A stretch of 26,919 nucleotides of DNA, counting the filler, from an uncultured virus (IMG/VR IMGVR_UViG_2061766007_002618) (taxonomy: Duplodnaviria; Heunggongvirae; Uroviricota; Caudoviricetes). It is 4 parts of one record of this genome, joined end to end, with 100 filler letters (N's around TTAATTAATTAA, not from the genome) between each part and the next. Parts side by side here need not be neighbours in the genome. Positions count along the whole stretch, not along the records: positions 1 to 319 come from IMGVR_UViG_2061766007_002618; positions 420 to 3,973 come from IMGVR_UViG_2061766007_002618; positions 4,074 to 26,602 come from IMGVR_UViG_2061766007_002618; 1 more part is not named here. One strand, written 5' to 3'. Shown here piece after piece: positions 1 through 9,208 of the stretch. The position numbers and the translations under genes are program-made. Numbering within the stretch: the stretch's first letter is position 1; every line of letters starts with the position of its first letter. The notes under the pieces are model-generated. The model did no database searches, was not told the origin of the DNA, and was given only the letters and a program-made list of their open reading frames with translations.

Positions 1-6
1 AACCCC

Positions 7-319
7 ATGCAACCGCTTGAAATCATAATCGACACAAGGGAACAGACGCCCTGGAGCTTCGACCCGCAGGACGCGCATTGCGTCCGTGGCACACTCCGCA
101 CGGGCGACTATGCCCTTGCCGGTGATGATGGCTACGCAATCGAGCGCAAGTCTCTGAACGACTTCCTCGGCACGATCAGCAGCGGTTGGGAGAGATTCGA
201 GAAGGAACTCCGCCGCGCCCGCGAGCGCGGTTTCGTGATGCCCGTGATTGTAGAAGGTGACTTAGACAGTATGCTCTGGTCCACGTTGCCTAACGGTGAT
301 TTGTGCGAGCCCGAGAACG
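7..319 (+). CDS. ERCC4/XPF-type nuclease (3'-truncated by contig end)
   Basis: Motifs IIIDTREQ, LRTGDY, IERKSLNDF, RFEKELRR and VIVEG match the ERCC4 signature (GD...ERKxxxD). The frame runs into Ns at 320. Confidence 0.85.
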
Positions 320-363
320 NNNNNNNNNNNNNNNNNNNNNNNNNNNNNNNNNNNNNNNNNNNN

Positions 364-375
364 TTAATTAATTAA
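364..375. other. Artificial contig spacer TTAATTAATTAA (stops in all six frames)
   Basis: The same 12-mer sits inside N runs at 364, 4018 and 26647. Confidence 0.95.
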
Positions 376-420
376 NNNNNNNNNNNNNNNNNNNNNNNNN
401 NNNNNNNNNNNNNNNNNNNG

Positions 421-2499
421 AAGCCGCGCGAGATCGTCGGGCGCTACCAGCACCTCATCGCGGACGGCTACAAGGACGTGCGCCACTACGACTACACCGA
501 CGAGGCCGGAACGGTCGTGCATACCACAATCCGGCTTGAGAAGGAAGGTGCGAAGAAAGAGTTTGTGCAGCGGACGCCGACCGCCGAGAACCTGAAAGGC
601 GTCGAGACGTACCTCTACAATCTTCCCGCCGTCCTTAAGGCCGACACGGTGTATCTGGCCGAGGGCGAGAAAGACGCGGAAACCCTCATGGCCTGGGGCC
701 TTTGCGGCACGACCGCGCCTTGCGGCGCAAATAAATGGGAAGAGCGGTACACGGCATGGCTCGCGGGCCGCAACGTCGTGATTGTCCGCGACAAGGACGA
801 CGCCGGCTATGCTCACGCCGTCCTCGTCGCGAAGGCCGTTTTCGGCAAGGCCGCGTCCGTCAAAATCATTTGCCCGTGGGAAGTCGCAAAGGACGTGACG
901 GAATGGGCCGAGCTTGAACACGGCACCGTCGAGAAACTCCGCGCAGTCGTCGAGGCCACGCCCGCGCTTACGTCCGTCGCGGACATTCGCGACGACCAGG
1001 CGACGGCGATTCTCCGCGCGAAGGAACTCAACCGCGAACCTTTCCGCAACTACAACGAGATTGAGACGATGGTCAACGGGCGCACCAAGACCGAGCGCAC
1101 CGCCCGCGCCGTCGGCGAAATGACGGACGAGTTTTTCCACCGCTTCCTCGGATTCCCCTGCGCGCTCGGCAAGTTTACCCTCTTCGACTTCGACAAAGAC
1201 ACAGACCAGATTCAACTCATCAATTCCGCGAAATCCCTTATCGCCTGGGCGAGCCTCAAGGCAAAACAAGTCTTTGACTTCGCGCGCATTTCCGGCACCA
1301 TTTCAAAAGAAGAGTTTTTCGAGGGCATCGTCCTCGCCGCGCGCCACTACGAATCAATAGCGCTCGCGCCCGTTTGGCCGAAGCGCGAAAATGTCTTCTA
1401 TGGCTTCCGCGACAAATGCAAGCCGTCGAAGAATCATGCCGTCTTCGAGGAACTGCTTTCGCAATTTTGCCCCGCGACGCCAGAACATGGAATCCTTCTC
1501 CGCTCTTTCTTCGCTGCGCCGCTTTACTTCCGTCCTGGCATCCAACGTCCGTGCTGGCTCATTGATTCAAACTCCGGCGCGGGCGTCGGCAAGACCACCC
1601 TCGTGGAGCTTTTGGCGCTGCTCTACCGCTGCACCCCGATCCGCACCTATGCCAACCAACTGAAACAGGACTTCGCCGAACTCAAGAACGGCTCCATACT
1701 TTCCGCGACGGGCCGCGCGTCGCGCATCCTTCTCCTGGATAACGTTGTCGGGAAACTCTCGTCGCCGGAGCTTGCCGACCTCATCACGCAATCGACAATT
1801 TCCGGCCGCCCGAAGTTTGCCCCCGGCGAGGAAGTCAGGCTTAACGATTTAACCTACTGCATCACGGCGAACAACGCCGAGCTTTCCGACGACCTCGCCT
1901 CGCGCTCGTTTACTATCATGCTTTCGCGGCCGCGCGGCGGGAAATACTGGAAGCGCGACGTCCAGGACTACATCGAGAATCACCGCTACACGATTCTGGG
2001 CGACATCATCGACATTCTCAACGTCGGGCCGCAATTCAACGCCGACCCGAAGACGCGCGTCCCCGAATTCGAGCGCGAAGTCATAATGCCCATGTGCGGC
2101 ACCCTTGAGAACTACGAGGCCTGCATGTCCGTCATGCTCGCGCAGCGCGACGGCGCAAACGCCGACTACGAGGACGCGCGCCAGGTCCAGGAAACCATAC
2201 GTCTTAANNNNNNNNNNGAACGCCGACTACGAGGACGCGCGCCAGGTCCAGGAAACCATACGTCTTAACTTTGCGGAATCCGGCGTCCCGATACCAGACA
2301 ATTCCGTTGTGTTTGTCCGTTGCGAAGCCTATAGAGACTGGCTGAAGGACGCAGGAATCCGCGTTTCAACCGCCGACATTCGTTCCTACATCCGAAGCGG
2401 GAAGATGCCGAACTTTATGAACGACCTCTTCCTATTCCCGGCCAACAGCTCCCGCGAACGGTGGTACGGCGTCCCGCGCGCGACGGGCGTCCTCTGGAT
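421..2499 (+). CDS. TOPRIM primase fused to P-loop NTPase/helicase (partial, interrupted by an assembly overlap)
   Basis: The frame is open from the contig edge at 421. TOPRIM motifs VYLAEGEKDA and VVIVRDKDDAG; Walker A GAGVGKTT, Walker B ILLLDN, sensor ITANN. It continues after the 50-bp duplicated overlap (2158-2207 = 2219-2268) as NFAESGVPIP... to the gap at 2500. Confidence 0.8.
2158..2268. repeat. Exact 50-bp duplication flanking a 10-N gap (unmerged scaffold overlap)
   Basis: 2158-2207 is identical to 2219-2268. Collapsing the two copies restores the primase reading frame. Confidence 0.9.
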
Positions 2500-2599
2500 N
2501 NNNNNNNNNCAACTTCATGAACGACCTCTTCTTGTTCCCGATTAGCACGTCCCGCGAACGGTGGTACGGCGTCCCGCGCGCGACGGGCGTCCTCTGGAT
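2411..2599. repeat. Two allelic copies of an 89-bp primase segment around a 10-N gap (assembly bubble)
   Basis: 2411-2499 and 2511-2599 differ at 9 positions in the first 39 nt, and their last 50 nt are identical (FPANSSRER vs FPISTSRER). Confidence 0.85.
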
Positions 2600-2609
2600 N
2601 NNNNNNNNN

Positions 2610-3973
2610 GCAATCGAGAACCTCAAGCTCAACAGCGCGCGCGCCGAGGCTATCGCCTTTCTACTCGACTGCGGATGCACCGACGCAATGGCCGCCGCCG
2701 CGTTTGAACGCTGGAAAACCAACACCATTTCCAAAGTCCACGCCGACCCGTATTGCCTTTGCGCGCTGCACCACTACGGATTCCGCGAGATCGACAACCG
2801 CATCGCGCCGCGTTTCGGTATGACGCGCAGCGACCACCGCAGAATCACCGCCGCAATCCGCTACGCCTTCGACCAGCTCACCGATTCCGCGACGGTCGTT
2901 TACTGGCAGGTCCTTTGCGACGAAATCCTGAAGGCCGTCCCGAACGCGGAACACGCGGCCATTGAACGCGCCGTCCAGGCGCTCGTCGCGTCCGGCGCAA
3001 TCAAGACCTTCAAGGCCGAGACGGCGGACAACCCGAAGCTCACGACGCGCCGCCTCTACACCGCCGAGCAGTCGATTGTTGACTACGCCGTCACGTCGCT
3101 CGCCGCGACCGACCACACCGACCCGCACCTCAACCTCACCAACATGGACGTTGCGCTCGACGATTCGCAGCTACGGGCGATTATGGCCGCCTGCGAGCGT
3201 CGCTTCCTCATCATCAATGGCGGGGCCGGCAGCGGAAAGACGACGATAATCCGCGCCATCGCAGACACCCTCGGCGCACCGAACGTGGAAATCTGCGCTT
3301 TCGCGGGCAAGGCCGCCGCGCGCCTCCGCGAACGCACGGGCCACAACGCGCGCACGATTCACTCAATGCTCCAGTACAAGGGCGACACCCTCGGCTTCAA
3401 GCGTCCCGACCTCAACGGCAAGACCGTGATTCTCGACGAGGCGAGCATGGTAAACTCCGAGCTTCTGGCGGAAATCACCAAGCGGACGCCCGCGCGCCTC
3501 ATCATGGTAGGCGACGAGGCGCAGCTTCCGCCCGTCGGCGCGGGCTCGCCCTTCCATGACTTAATTCGCCTCATGCCGGATGCCGTCTGCACTCTCACGA
3601 CGTGCTACCGCAACTCCGAGGCGATCTACAAGGCCGCGCTCGCCGTCCGCAACTCCACCATGCCGCTGCTCAAGGACAAGACCGAGAGCGAGTTTTGGCA
3701 ATTCGCCTCGACGGGAACGCCCGAATCGACGCACAGCCAGATTTTGAAGCTCGTCCGCGACAAGCAGATTGACTTCGCGACCGACCTCGTTTTGGCCTGC
3801 CGCAACGGCGACGGCCTCAACATGCGCGCCGCCGTCGATAGCCTCAACGTCGATATCAAGGCCATCGTGAATCCGCCGCGCCGCGACGACAACCGCGCGC
3901 CCCTGCGCCAGCTCGACGAATGCGACCGCGTTATCTGCACCCAGAACGACCCCGAGACGGACACCTGGAACGG
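2610..3973 (+). CDS. RecD2/TraA-like SF1 DNA helicase (partial at both ends)
   Basis: N-terminal DPYCL..HHYGFREID region; motifs LDDSQ, GGAGSGKTT, CAFAGKAAARL, ARTIHSML, ILDEASMV, VGDEAQLPPVGAG, LTTCYR and DRVICTQND. Confidence 0.9.
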
Positions 3974-4017
3974 NNNNNNNNNNNNNNNNNNNNNNNNNNN
4001 NNNNNNNNNNNNNNNNN

Positions 4018-4029
4018 TTAATTAATTAA
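4018..4029. other. Artificial contig spacer
   Basis: TTAATTAATTAA inside an N run. Confidence 0.95.
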
Positions 4030-4074
4030 NNNNNNNNNNNNNNNNNNNNNNNNNNNNNNNNNNNNNNNNNNNNC

Positions 4075-4386
4075 GGGAACAACGTCAACGAGGCGAACTT
4101 CCAGGGCGTCGCGGTAATCGGGCGCACGGGCAAGGACACCTTCGGCGTCGTCAACTCCCTTTCGCTCGCGGCGTCGCGCGAGGACGAGGAGATTCTCGCG
4201 GAGATTCGCCGGCGCGAAATCGTCGAGGCCGAGATAATCCCGCCGCAGCCGGCGCCCGTCGTCGAGGCCGAGGCCGTTCCCGCGCCCGCGCCCGTCGCCG
4301 CGCTGCCGCCGGCGTCCTCGCATCCGACGCGCACCTTCGACGATTTTCCAATTTTGCCCTACGACCCCGCCGAGTCTCTCGTCTAA
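4075..4386 (+). CDS. 3' end of a hypothetical protein with a Pro/Ala-rich acidic tail (not in the ORF track)
   Basis: Open frame from the contig edge, GNNVNEANFQGVAVIG...PAPAPVAALPP...FDDFPILPYDPAESLV*, with phage-like codon usage. It stops just before the RBS of the next gene. Confidence 0.65.
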   Translation, partial: GNNVNEANFQGVAVIGRTGKDTFGVVNSLSLAASREDEEILAEIRRREIVEAEIIPPQPAPVVEAEAVPAPAPVAALPPASSHPTRTFDDFPILPYDPAESLV

Positions 4387-4416
4387 CCTTTCACCCACCC
4401 AACTAAGGAGAACACC

Positions 4417-5214
4417 ATGCCAGGAGCATCAACCGACTACGACCCTCAAGGCAACTGCATTGTCTTCGAGGAAAAGAACCACAAGTATTACACGCGCATT
4501 CCGTCCCTGCGCGACGACAAGGCCGAGGTCGAGGTCGTGTACACGTCCGTGACCTCGCTCATCAAGAAGTATTGCCCGCCCTTCGACCCCGACGGCGCAA
4601 TCGCGGCCCGCGTCGCCGAGCGCGACGGCAAGACCGTCGATGAAGTGCGCGCCGCCTGGAAGGCGAAGGCCGACGCATCATGCAAGCTTGGCACCCGCGT
4701 CCACGAGGTTTGCGAGGACGTTCTGCGCGACCACGCGATCCGCAACCGCCCGCGCGACGAGCACGAGCGCCGCCTCATGCAGCAGGCCTACGAAATCGCC
4801 ACGTCCGTGCTTGAATTCGCGCAGCCTATCGGCATCGAGAAAATCGTCTTCGATTATGACATTGCTGTCGCGGGGACGATTGACCTTCTCTGCCAGACGC
4901 GCGACAGAGTTTTCAAGATCGTCGACTGGAAGACTAATGACAAGATAGAGCGCGAGAACCCCTACAACAAGTTCATGACCGGGCCGCTGGCGCACCTCGC
5001 GGACAACGACTTCAACCACTACGCCATGCAGACTTCCATTTACCAGGCGATACTCACGCGGCGCGGCTACATCCCAGCGAACGCGACCGTCACGCGCGAC
5101 ATTTTCCACATCCGCGAGGACGGCGCGGAGCATCTGGAAATGCCGTTCCTCGGCGCGGAGGCCTACGCCGTCCTGCTCGACCACGCCGTCAACAAGATAA
5201 AGGCCCCGTTCTAA
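4417..5214 (+). CDS. PD-(D/E)XK (RecB-like) phage exonuclease
   Basis: RBS TAAGGAG upstream. Motifs FEEKNHKY, SVTSLI, GTRVHEVCE, E...AGTIDLL...IVDWKT and YAMQTSIY. Confidence 0.85.
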   Translation: MPGASTDYDPQGNCIVFEEKNHKYYTRIPSLRDDKAEVEVVYTSVTSLIKKYCPPFDPDGAIAARVAERDGKTVDEVRAAWKAKADASCKLGTRVHEVCEDVLRDHAIRNRPRDEHERRLMQQAYEIATSVLEFAQPIGIEKIVFDYDIAVAGTIDLLCQTRDRVFKIVDWKTNDKIERENPYNKFMTGPLAHLADNDFNHYAMQTSIYQAILTRRGYIPANATVTRDIFHIREDGAEHLEMPFLGAEAYAVLLDHAVNKIKAPF

Positions 5215-5435
5215 TGAAAACCAATGCGGAACACTACCCGACGAGCCTCGGCAAGATTCGCGGATTCCTCCGCTTCTGCCGCGCGAACACGTGCCGCACG
5301 TGCCCGCTCTACGACGGCGACCGGCTTTCGCGCCTGTGCGCGCTGCGCTGGCTTGACGCCGACTTCCGCCTCATCCACAACAAGCCGCGCGCGAAAGTCA
5401 CCCAGGACGAATTCGCGCTGGAGGACGAACAATGA
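5214..5435 (+). CDS. Small Cys-rich hypothetical protein
   Basis: TAATG coupling to the exonuclease; FCRANTCRTCPLY...CALRW. Confidence 0.65.
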   Translation: MKTNAEHYPTSLGKIRGFLRFCRANTCRTCPLYDGDRLSRLCALRWLDADFRLIHNKPRAKVTQDEFALEDEQ

Positions 5436-5713
5436 GCCGTGACCGATTCCACGACCGCGACCGCTTCCGCGACCACGAGCGCGAGCCGATGCCGCGCGAC
5501 GACGCCCGCGCCCTGTGGCGCAAGGCCTTCTTCTCCGCAATCGACCTCGCGAAGCAGCTGGAGGCGCTGCCCGCCGACAACATGGATGACCCCGGCATCC
5601 AGAAGTTTTCCATGCTTATCATGGGCAAATTACTCTCGGCGCAATCGACCGTCCACCTCGTGTGCGCCGCCGGAATCAAGATACTTCCAACGGGAGGACC
5701 GCGCCATGACTAG
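5432..5713 (+). CDS. Hypothetical protein
   Basis: GGAGG RBS and ATGA overlap with the previous stop. Confidence 0.65.
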   Translation: MSRDRFHDRDRFRDHEREPMPRDDARALWRKAFFSAIDLAKQLEALPADNMDDPGIQKFSMLIMGKLLSAQSTVHLVCAAGIKILPTGGPRHD

Positions 5714-5771
5714 CCAGCCGCTCGCGCTGTTCCTGAACCTGTTTATGGCGGTCGTCGTCCTCGCCGCAATC
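5706..5771 (+). CDS. N-terminus of a membrane-anchored hypothetical protein (cut by gap)
   Basis: GGAGG RBS; hydrophobic MTSQPLALFLNLFMAVVVLAAI. Confidence 0.5.
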
Positions 5772-5781
5772 NNNNNNNNNN

Positions 5782-6082
5782 AAGCACGCCAAAACAGTCG
5801 GCTTTGATATTGCCATAATTGGAGTGCGCGCCGAGGAATCAGCGCGGCGTAAGCGAAACTGGCGAATGTTTGGCATGAAGCCAGACAAGACGATGTATTT
5901 ATGCCCCGTGATCGACTGGACGGAGGCCGAAGTGTGGGAGTATCTCAACGCGATAGGCGCGTCGCATTGTTGCCTATACGATGCACCCTACAACTTTCGC
6001 CGCATTGGGTGCGTGATGTGTCCTCTCAAGTCTCCGCGCGAAATGCAGCGAGATGCGCAGATTTGGCCCAAAACGGCGGCGA
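5782..6082 (+). CDS. PAPS-reductase (PP-loop) family protein, internal/C-terminal fragment
   Basis: Motifs IIGVRAEESARR, CPVIDWTEAEVWEYL and LYD...RRIGCVMCP. Flanked by gaps on both sides. Confidence 0.85.
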
Positions 6083-6241
6083 NNNNNNNNNNNNNNNNNN
6101 NNNNNNNNNNNNNNNNNNNNNNNNNNNNNNNNNNNNNNNNNNNNNNNNNNNNNNNNNNNNNNNNNNNNNNNNNNNNNNNNNNNNNNNNNNNNNNNNNNNN
6201 NNNNNNNNNNNNNNNNNNNNNNNNNNNNNNNNNNNNNAGCC

Positions 6242-6433
6242 ATGACCGACGAGCAGGAAATTGTCATTCGTTTTATTCGCGCCGTGGCGAACGTGAACAC
6301 ACGCCGGACGATATACGACGACAGAGGAAGGGCATACGCCGAAGAATGCGCGCCATTCTGGATAAGGGAACTGGTTGACGCGGCGAAGGCCGCCGTCGAG
6401 GAAATCGAGAAACAGGAGGCCCATGAGCCATGA
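6242..6433 (+). CDS. Hypothetical protein
   Basis: ATG just after the gap (MTDEQEIVIRF...); its stop overlaps the next ATG. Confidence 0.6.
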   Translation: MTDEQEIVIRFIRAVANVNTRRTIYDDRGRAYAEECAPFWIRELVDAAKAAVEEIEKQEAHEP

Positions 6434-6723
6434 CCGAGACGGAAGCCCGCCAACTCAAGAACGAGGTCGCCTTCCTCAAGCGGAAGCTCGCGGCCATCGA
6501 GCGCAAGTACGCCCCGCTCAAGGACCGCGCCGCGATTGCGCTCACAATGCGGCACGTCAAGACGACCCGCGATGGCTACGAGTATGACGAAGTGCAAACC
6601 TGGTGGATTGACGACCCGAACGAGCGCGCGTCGAACCAGCGCGCGCTGCGAAAAGTGATGAACGAGCTTGAGGCCGACCTCGTGGCGAGGGACGGCCAAA
6701 TGCCAATGAAGGAAAGGACCTGA
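6430..6723 (+). CDS. Hypothetical protein
   Basis: GGAGG upstream, ATGA overlap, strongly GC3-biased codons. Confidence 0.7.
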   Translation: MTETEARQLKNEVAFLKRKLAAIERKYAPLKDRAAIALTMRHVKTTRDGYEYDEVQTWWIDDPNERASNQRALRKVMNELEADLVARDGQMPMKERT

Positions 6724-6725
6724 CA

Positions 6726-7094
6726 ATGGACAATGAAGTAAAAGAGCGGGATTCGTCCCCGCGCCCCTGGCGTCTGGAAATGACGCAAAACTGCCTACGG
6801 ATATACGATGCCGATTGCAACATCGCATTTGAAATGCTTTCGCGCTTTGCGACACCGGGCGCGCCGAGGCACCAGGCGGACATGGAACTCATCGTGGACG
6901 CCGTGAACGCCTACGACCGCGTGATCGCGAAGGAGAAGGCCGTCGCGGATGAAATCACGCATCTGCGGCAGACGTTGAAGAAGCTCGCGGACATGTACAT
7001 GGATCACACCGTGTGGCGTCTCTCGCGCGACGAGCAGGCGCTCATCGACGAGGCCCGCGCCGCAATCGGGAAGGAGGCCGTCCGTGACCACTAA
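6726..7094 (+). CDS. Hypothetical protein (SPxPWR...IVxAVNxY module)
   Basis: AAGGA RBS; shares its N-terminal pattern with 9198-9863. Confidence 0.7.
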   Translation: MDNEVKERDSSPRPWRLEMTQNCLRIYDADCNIAFEMLSRFATPGAPRHQADMELIVDAVNAYDRVIAKEKAVADEITHLRQTLKKLADMYMDHTVWRLSRDEQALIDEARAAIGKEAVRDH

Positions 7095-7329
7095 GGATGA
7101 AGAAATGTTCAAGGCGTTTGCGAACGTCCGGCGCGTCGAGATATGTTGCGGCACTTTCCGGCACTTCGATCGCAACTACGAGGAATTCGGCTGCGCGCAC
7201 CCGAAGCAGCGCGACTTCGATTCCTACCCCGGCGAATACGAAATCTACGGCGCGTATGGCGGCACCGAGGTTGACGAGGGCTGTGTGTGCGACCTTTGGG
7301 AGAGGAAGGAGGCCGCCAATGCCGAATAG
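7084..7329 (+). CDS. Small Cys-containing hypothetical protein
   Basis: AAGGAGG RBS before GTG; CCGTFRHF...CAHP...CVCDLWE. Confidence 0.7.
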   Translation: MTTKDEEMFKAFANVRRVEICCGTFRHFDRNYEEFGCAHPKQRDFDSYPGEYEIYGAYGGTEVDEGCVCDLWERKEAANAE

Positions 7330-7660
7330 CGAACACACAATCCCTCGCGGCGCAGGAAAGTCATTCCAGGCCGCATACGGAAGCACTACGTATGAGCTGG
7401 AACGCGCATACGAGGTAGCGCGTTCGTGCCTCGCCGACGCGGTTTTCGTCGCGAACGAGCGCGAGTACCACGGCGTCGTCGCGCTCGTCGCCAGGGCGCA
7501 GGCCGCGCTTGAGGCAATCGGCAAGCTCGCCGGAATCGACCGCTCCGCGCTGCTGGACTACCCCGTTGTCGCGGACGACGAAGGCGAAGCGCCGACGCCA
7601 GCGCAGGAGGCCGACATTGAACGCGCGTTTTTCAACAAGGGAGGCGAGGACGATGAATAG
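7319..7660 (+). CDS. Hypothetical protein
   Basis: AAGGAGG RBS before the ATG at 7319 (start revised from the ORF track). Confidence 0.65.
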   Translation: MPNSEHTIPRGAGKSFQAAYGSTTYELERAYEVARSCLADAVFVANEREYHGVVALVARAQAALEAIGKLAGIDRSALLDYPVVADDEGEAPTPAQEADIERAFFNKGGEDDE

Positions 7661-8195
7661 CGAATCCAAGACAACCGAAGATATCCTCCGCGAAATGCGG
7701 GAGTACGCGGACCAACTTGACAACGATGGAGACATCACCGGCGCGGACTTCCGCGACTTCGCCAACCAGATCGAACAGGCGATTGCGCGCGACACGATAC
7801 GCCTTTCCGACGGCACCCCCTTAATAGTCAGGGCTGTAGAGTCGCGGATGCGCATTGCCCGCCTCGACGCGGAGTATGTCGGGTACAGGAACATGGTCGC
7901 CGTAATTAACGCGCTGCAAGAAATTCACAGCCGATTGGTGTACCTTTTCGGAAGCCCCGACGGGACATTCAACCCGCCCGCGATAAAAGAGATTTGCGAG
8001 ATTGCGGACGACGCCCTTTTCACCCCGCCTCGTAACTGCGACGTTGGCACGGCAGAGGAACAAGAAGAACGGCTTAATGAATTTTGCTCTTCGCATTTTG
8101 AGCATTGCAGCAAATGCCCATTGTTCGACAAATTCCGCTACTGCCAAACCGCATGGATGCAGATGCCCTACGAAAAGGAAGGAGCGCCAAAGTGA
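7653..8195 (+). CDS. Hypothetical protein with a C-terminal Cys cluster
   Basis: GGAGG RBS; PPRNCDVGT...FC...CSKCPL...CQTAW. Confidence 0.7.
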   Translation: MNSESKTTEDILREMREYADQLDNDGDITGADFRDFANQIEQAIARDTIRLSDGTPLIVRAVESRMRIARLDAEYVGYRNMVAVINALQEIHSRLVYLFGSPDGTFNPPAIKEICEIADDALFTPPRNCDVGTAEEQEERLNEFCSSHFEHCSKCPLFDKFRYCQTAWMQMPYEKEGAPK

Positions 8196-8347
8196 GCAAC
8201 AAGATCGCCGCCATAATCGGCACGGTCGTCCTGATCGCCGTCGCGCGCTACGCCTGCAAGCTCCTGGGCTTCGACTACGATACGGTCGTGGTCAACGCGC
8301 TGATTTACTGCGAAATACTTAGGACAATCAAGGAAGGTGACAAATGA
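8192..8347 (+). CDS. Small membrane protein
   Basis: AAGGAG RBS, GTGA overlap, hydrophobic segments. Confidence 0.6.
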   Translation: MSNKIAAIIGTVVLIAVARYACKLLGFDYDTVVVNALIYCEILRTIKEGDK

Positions 8348-8592
8348 CTGCACGTGAACTTGAAGGCTGCATTCTCCGCACGGGCCACGAGCGCGGCCTG
8401 CGGAAGTTGTGCATCGACAGCGGCCTCGCCCCCGCCGAGAAGGTCGCGACAATGGCGACGCTTGACGTGTGCGGGAAGCTGGCAGGCGCTTTTGAACTTG
8501 TCGGCGTGTGCGACGAAGGCGAACGCATCCTTCTCGTAGCCAAATCCGACGAGGACCAACTATGGAGACTGCTCAAGTCGATAAACCGTTGA
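8344..8592 (+). CDS. Hypothetical protein
   Basis: AAGGTG RBS and ATGA overlap. Confidence 0.6.
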   Translation: MTARELEGCILRTGHERGLRKLCIDSGLAPAEKVATMATLDVCGKLAGAFELVGVCDEGERILLVAKSDEDQLWRLLKSINR

Positions 8593-8595
8593 AGA

Positions 8596-8889
8596 ATGAA
8601 GGGAGAAGCCGTGATTAAGCTACCCGTGAAAGACCCCGACACCGTGCCCTGGATGAGCAAGCGGGAGATTCCCGCGATCAAGGCCGTGCTGTCCGCGTGG
8701 CGCAACTTACGCAAAGACAAGGCGTCTGTCCGTCACGCGAAGATGATGGTTGATAGCCTCTTCGAGAAGGGCAACGTCCAGCTCGGTATCGACAACCACT
8801 TGCGATTCGTCGCAACCGACCTTGAGGAACTCGCCGCAATCGACGAACGGCTATGGAAGGAGGCCCGCGATGCGAAAGCTAAAGCGTAG
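8596..8889 (+). CDS. Hypothetical protein (alternative start GTG 8611)
   Basis: Fills the gap in the operon; GGGAG precedes the GTG at 8611. Confidence 0.6.
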   Translation: MKGEAVIKLPVKDPDTVPWMSKREIPAIKAVLSAWRNLRKDKASVRHAKMMVDSLFEKGNVQLGIDNHLRFVATDLEELAAIDERLWKEARDAKAKA

Positions 8890-9208
8890 CGAATGCGCCG
8901 TCATCCACCTCGTCTTGAAGCACAAGTGGTATGACATGATTGCTTCCGGCTACAAGGTAGAGGAATACCGGGCCGACACACCACATTGGAGCGCCCGTCT
9001 CAACACCTGGATGGACGAACCGAAGAAGTATCATGTCGTCGCCTTCCAGCGAGGATATCACAAGGCATCGATGTGGTTTATCTGCAACGAAATCACGCCT
9101 ACGGACTTTTGTGCCAACCCGCAATGGGGCGAGAAGCCGGAACCGCACTACATCATCTTTCTCGACGAGCGAGTCGAACTAGAGGAGGGGGCTCGCGATG
9201 ACCGATAG
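8870..9208 (+). CDS. ASCH (PUA-like) domain protein
   Basis: AAGGAGG RBS; HLVLKHKWYDMIASGYKVEEYR matches the ASCH GxKxxExR motif; also FQRGY. Confidence 0.8.
   Translation: MRKLKRSECAVIHLVLKHKWYDMIASGYKVEEYRADTPHWSARLNTWMDEPKKYHVVAFQRGYHKASMWFICNEITPTDFCANPQWGEKPEPHYIIFLDERVELEEGARDDR

Noticed and set aside
2158..2268. Tandem duplication or programmed frameshift in the primase
   Set aside because: It is an exact 50-bp overlap across a 10-N gap, and merging the copies restores the frame.
2411..2599. Diversity-generating retroelement template/variable repeat pair
   Set aside because: Differences include C/T, G/C and C/G changes rather than being adenine-specific, the copies abut N gaps, and no reverse transcriptase is seen.
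2517..4025. Primase-RecD fusion implied by the ORF track
   Set aside because: The frame continuity is created by a placeholder gap of unknown true length.
4417..5214. Cas4 or CRISPR association of the exonuclease
   Set aside because: It lacks the C-terminal Cys cluster of Cas4, and no repeat-spacer array or cas gene appears in the window.
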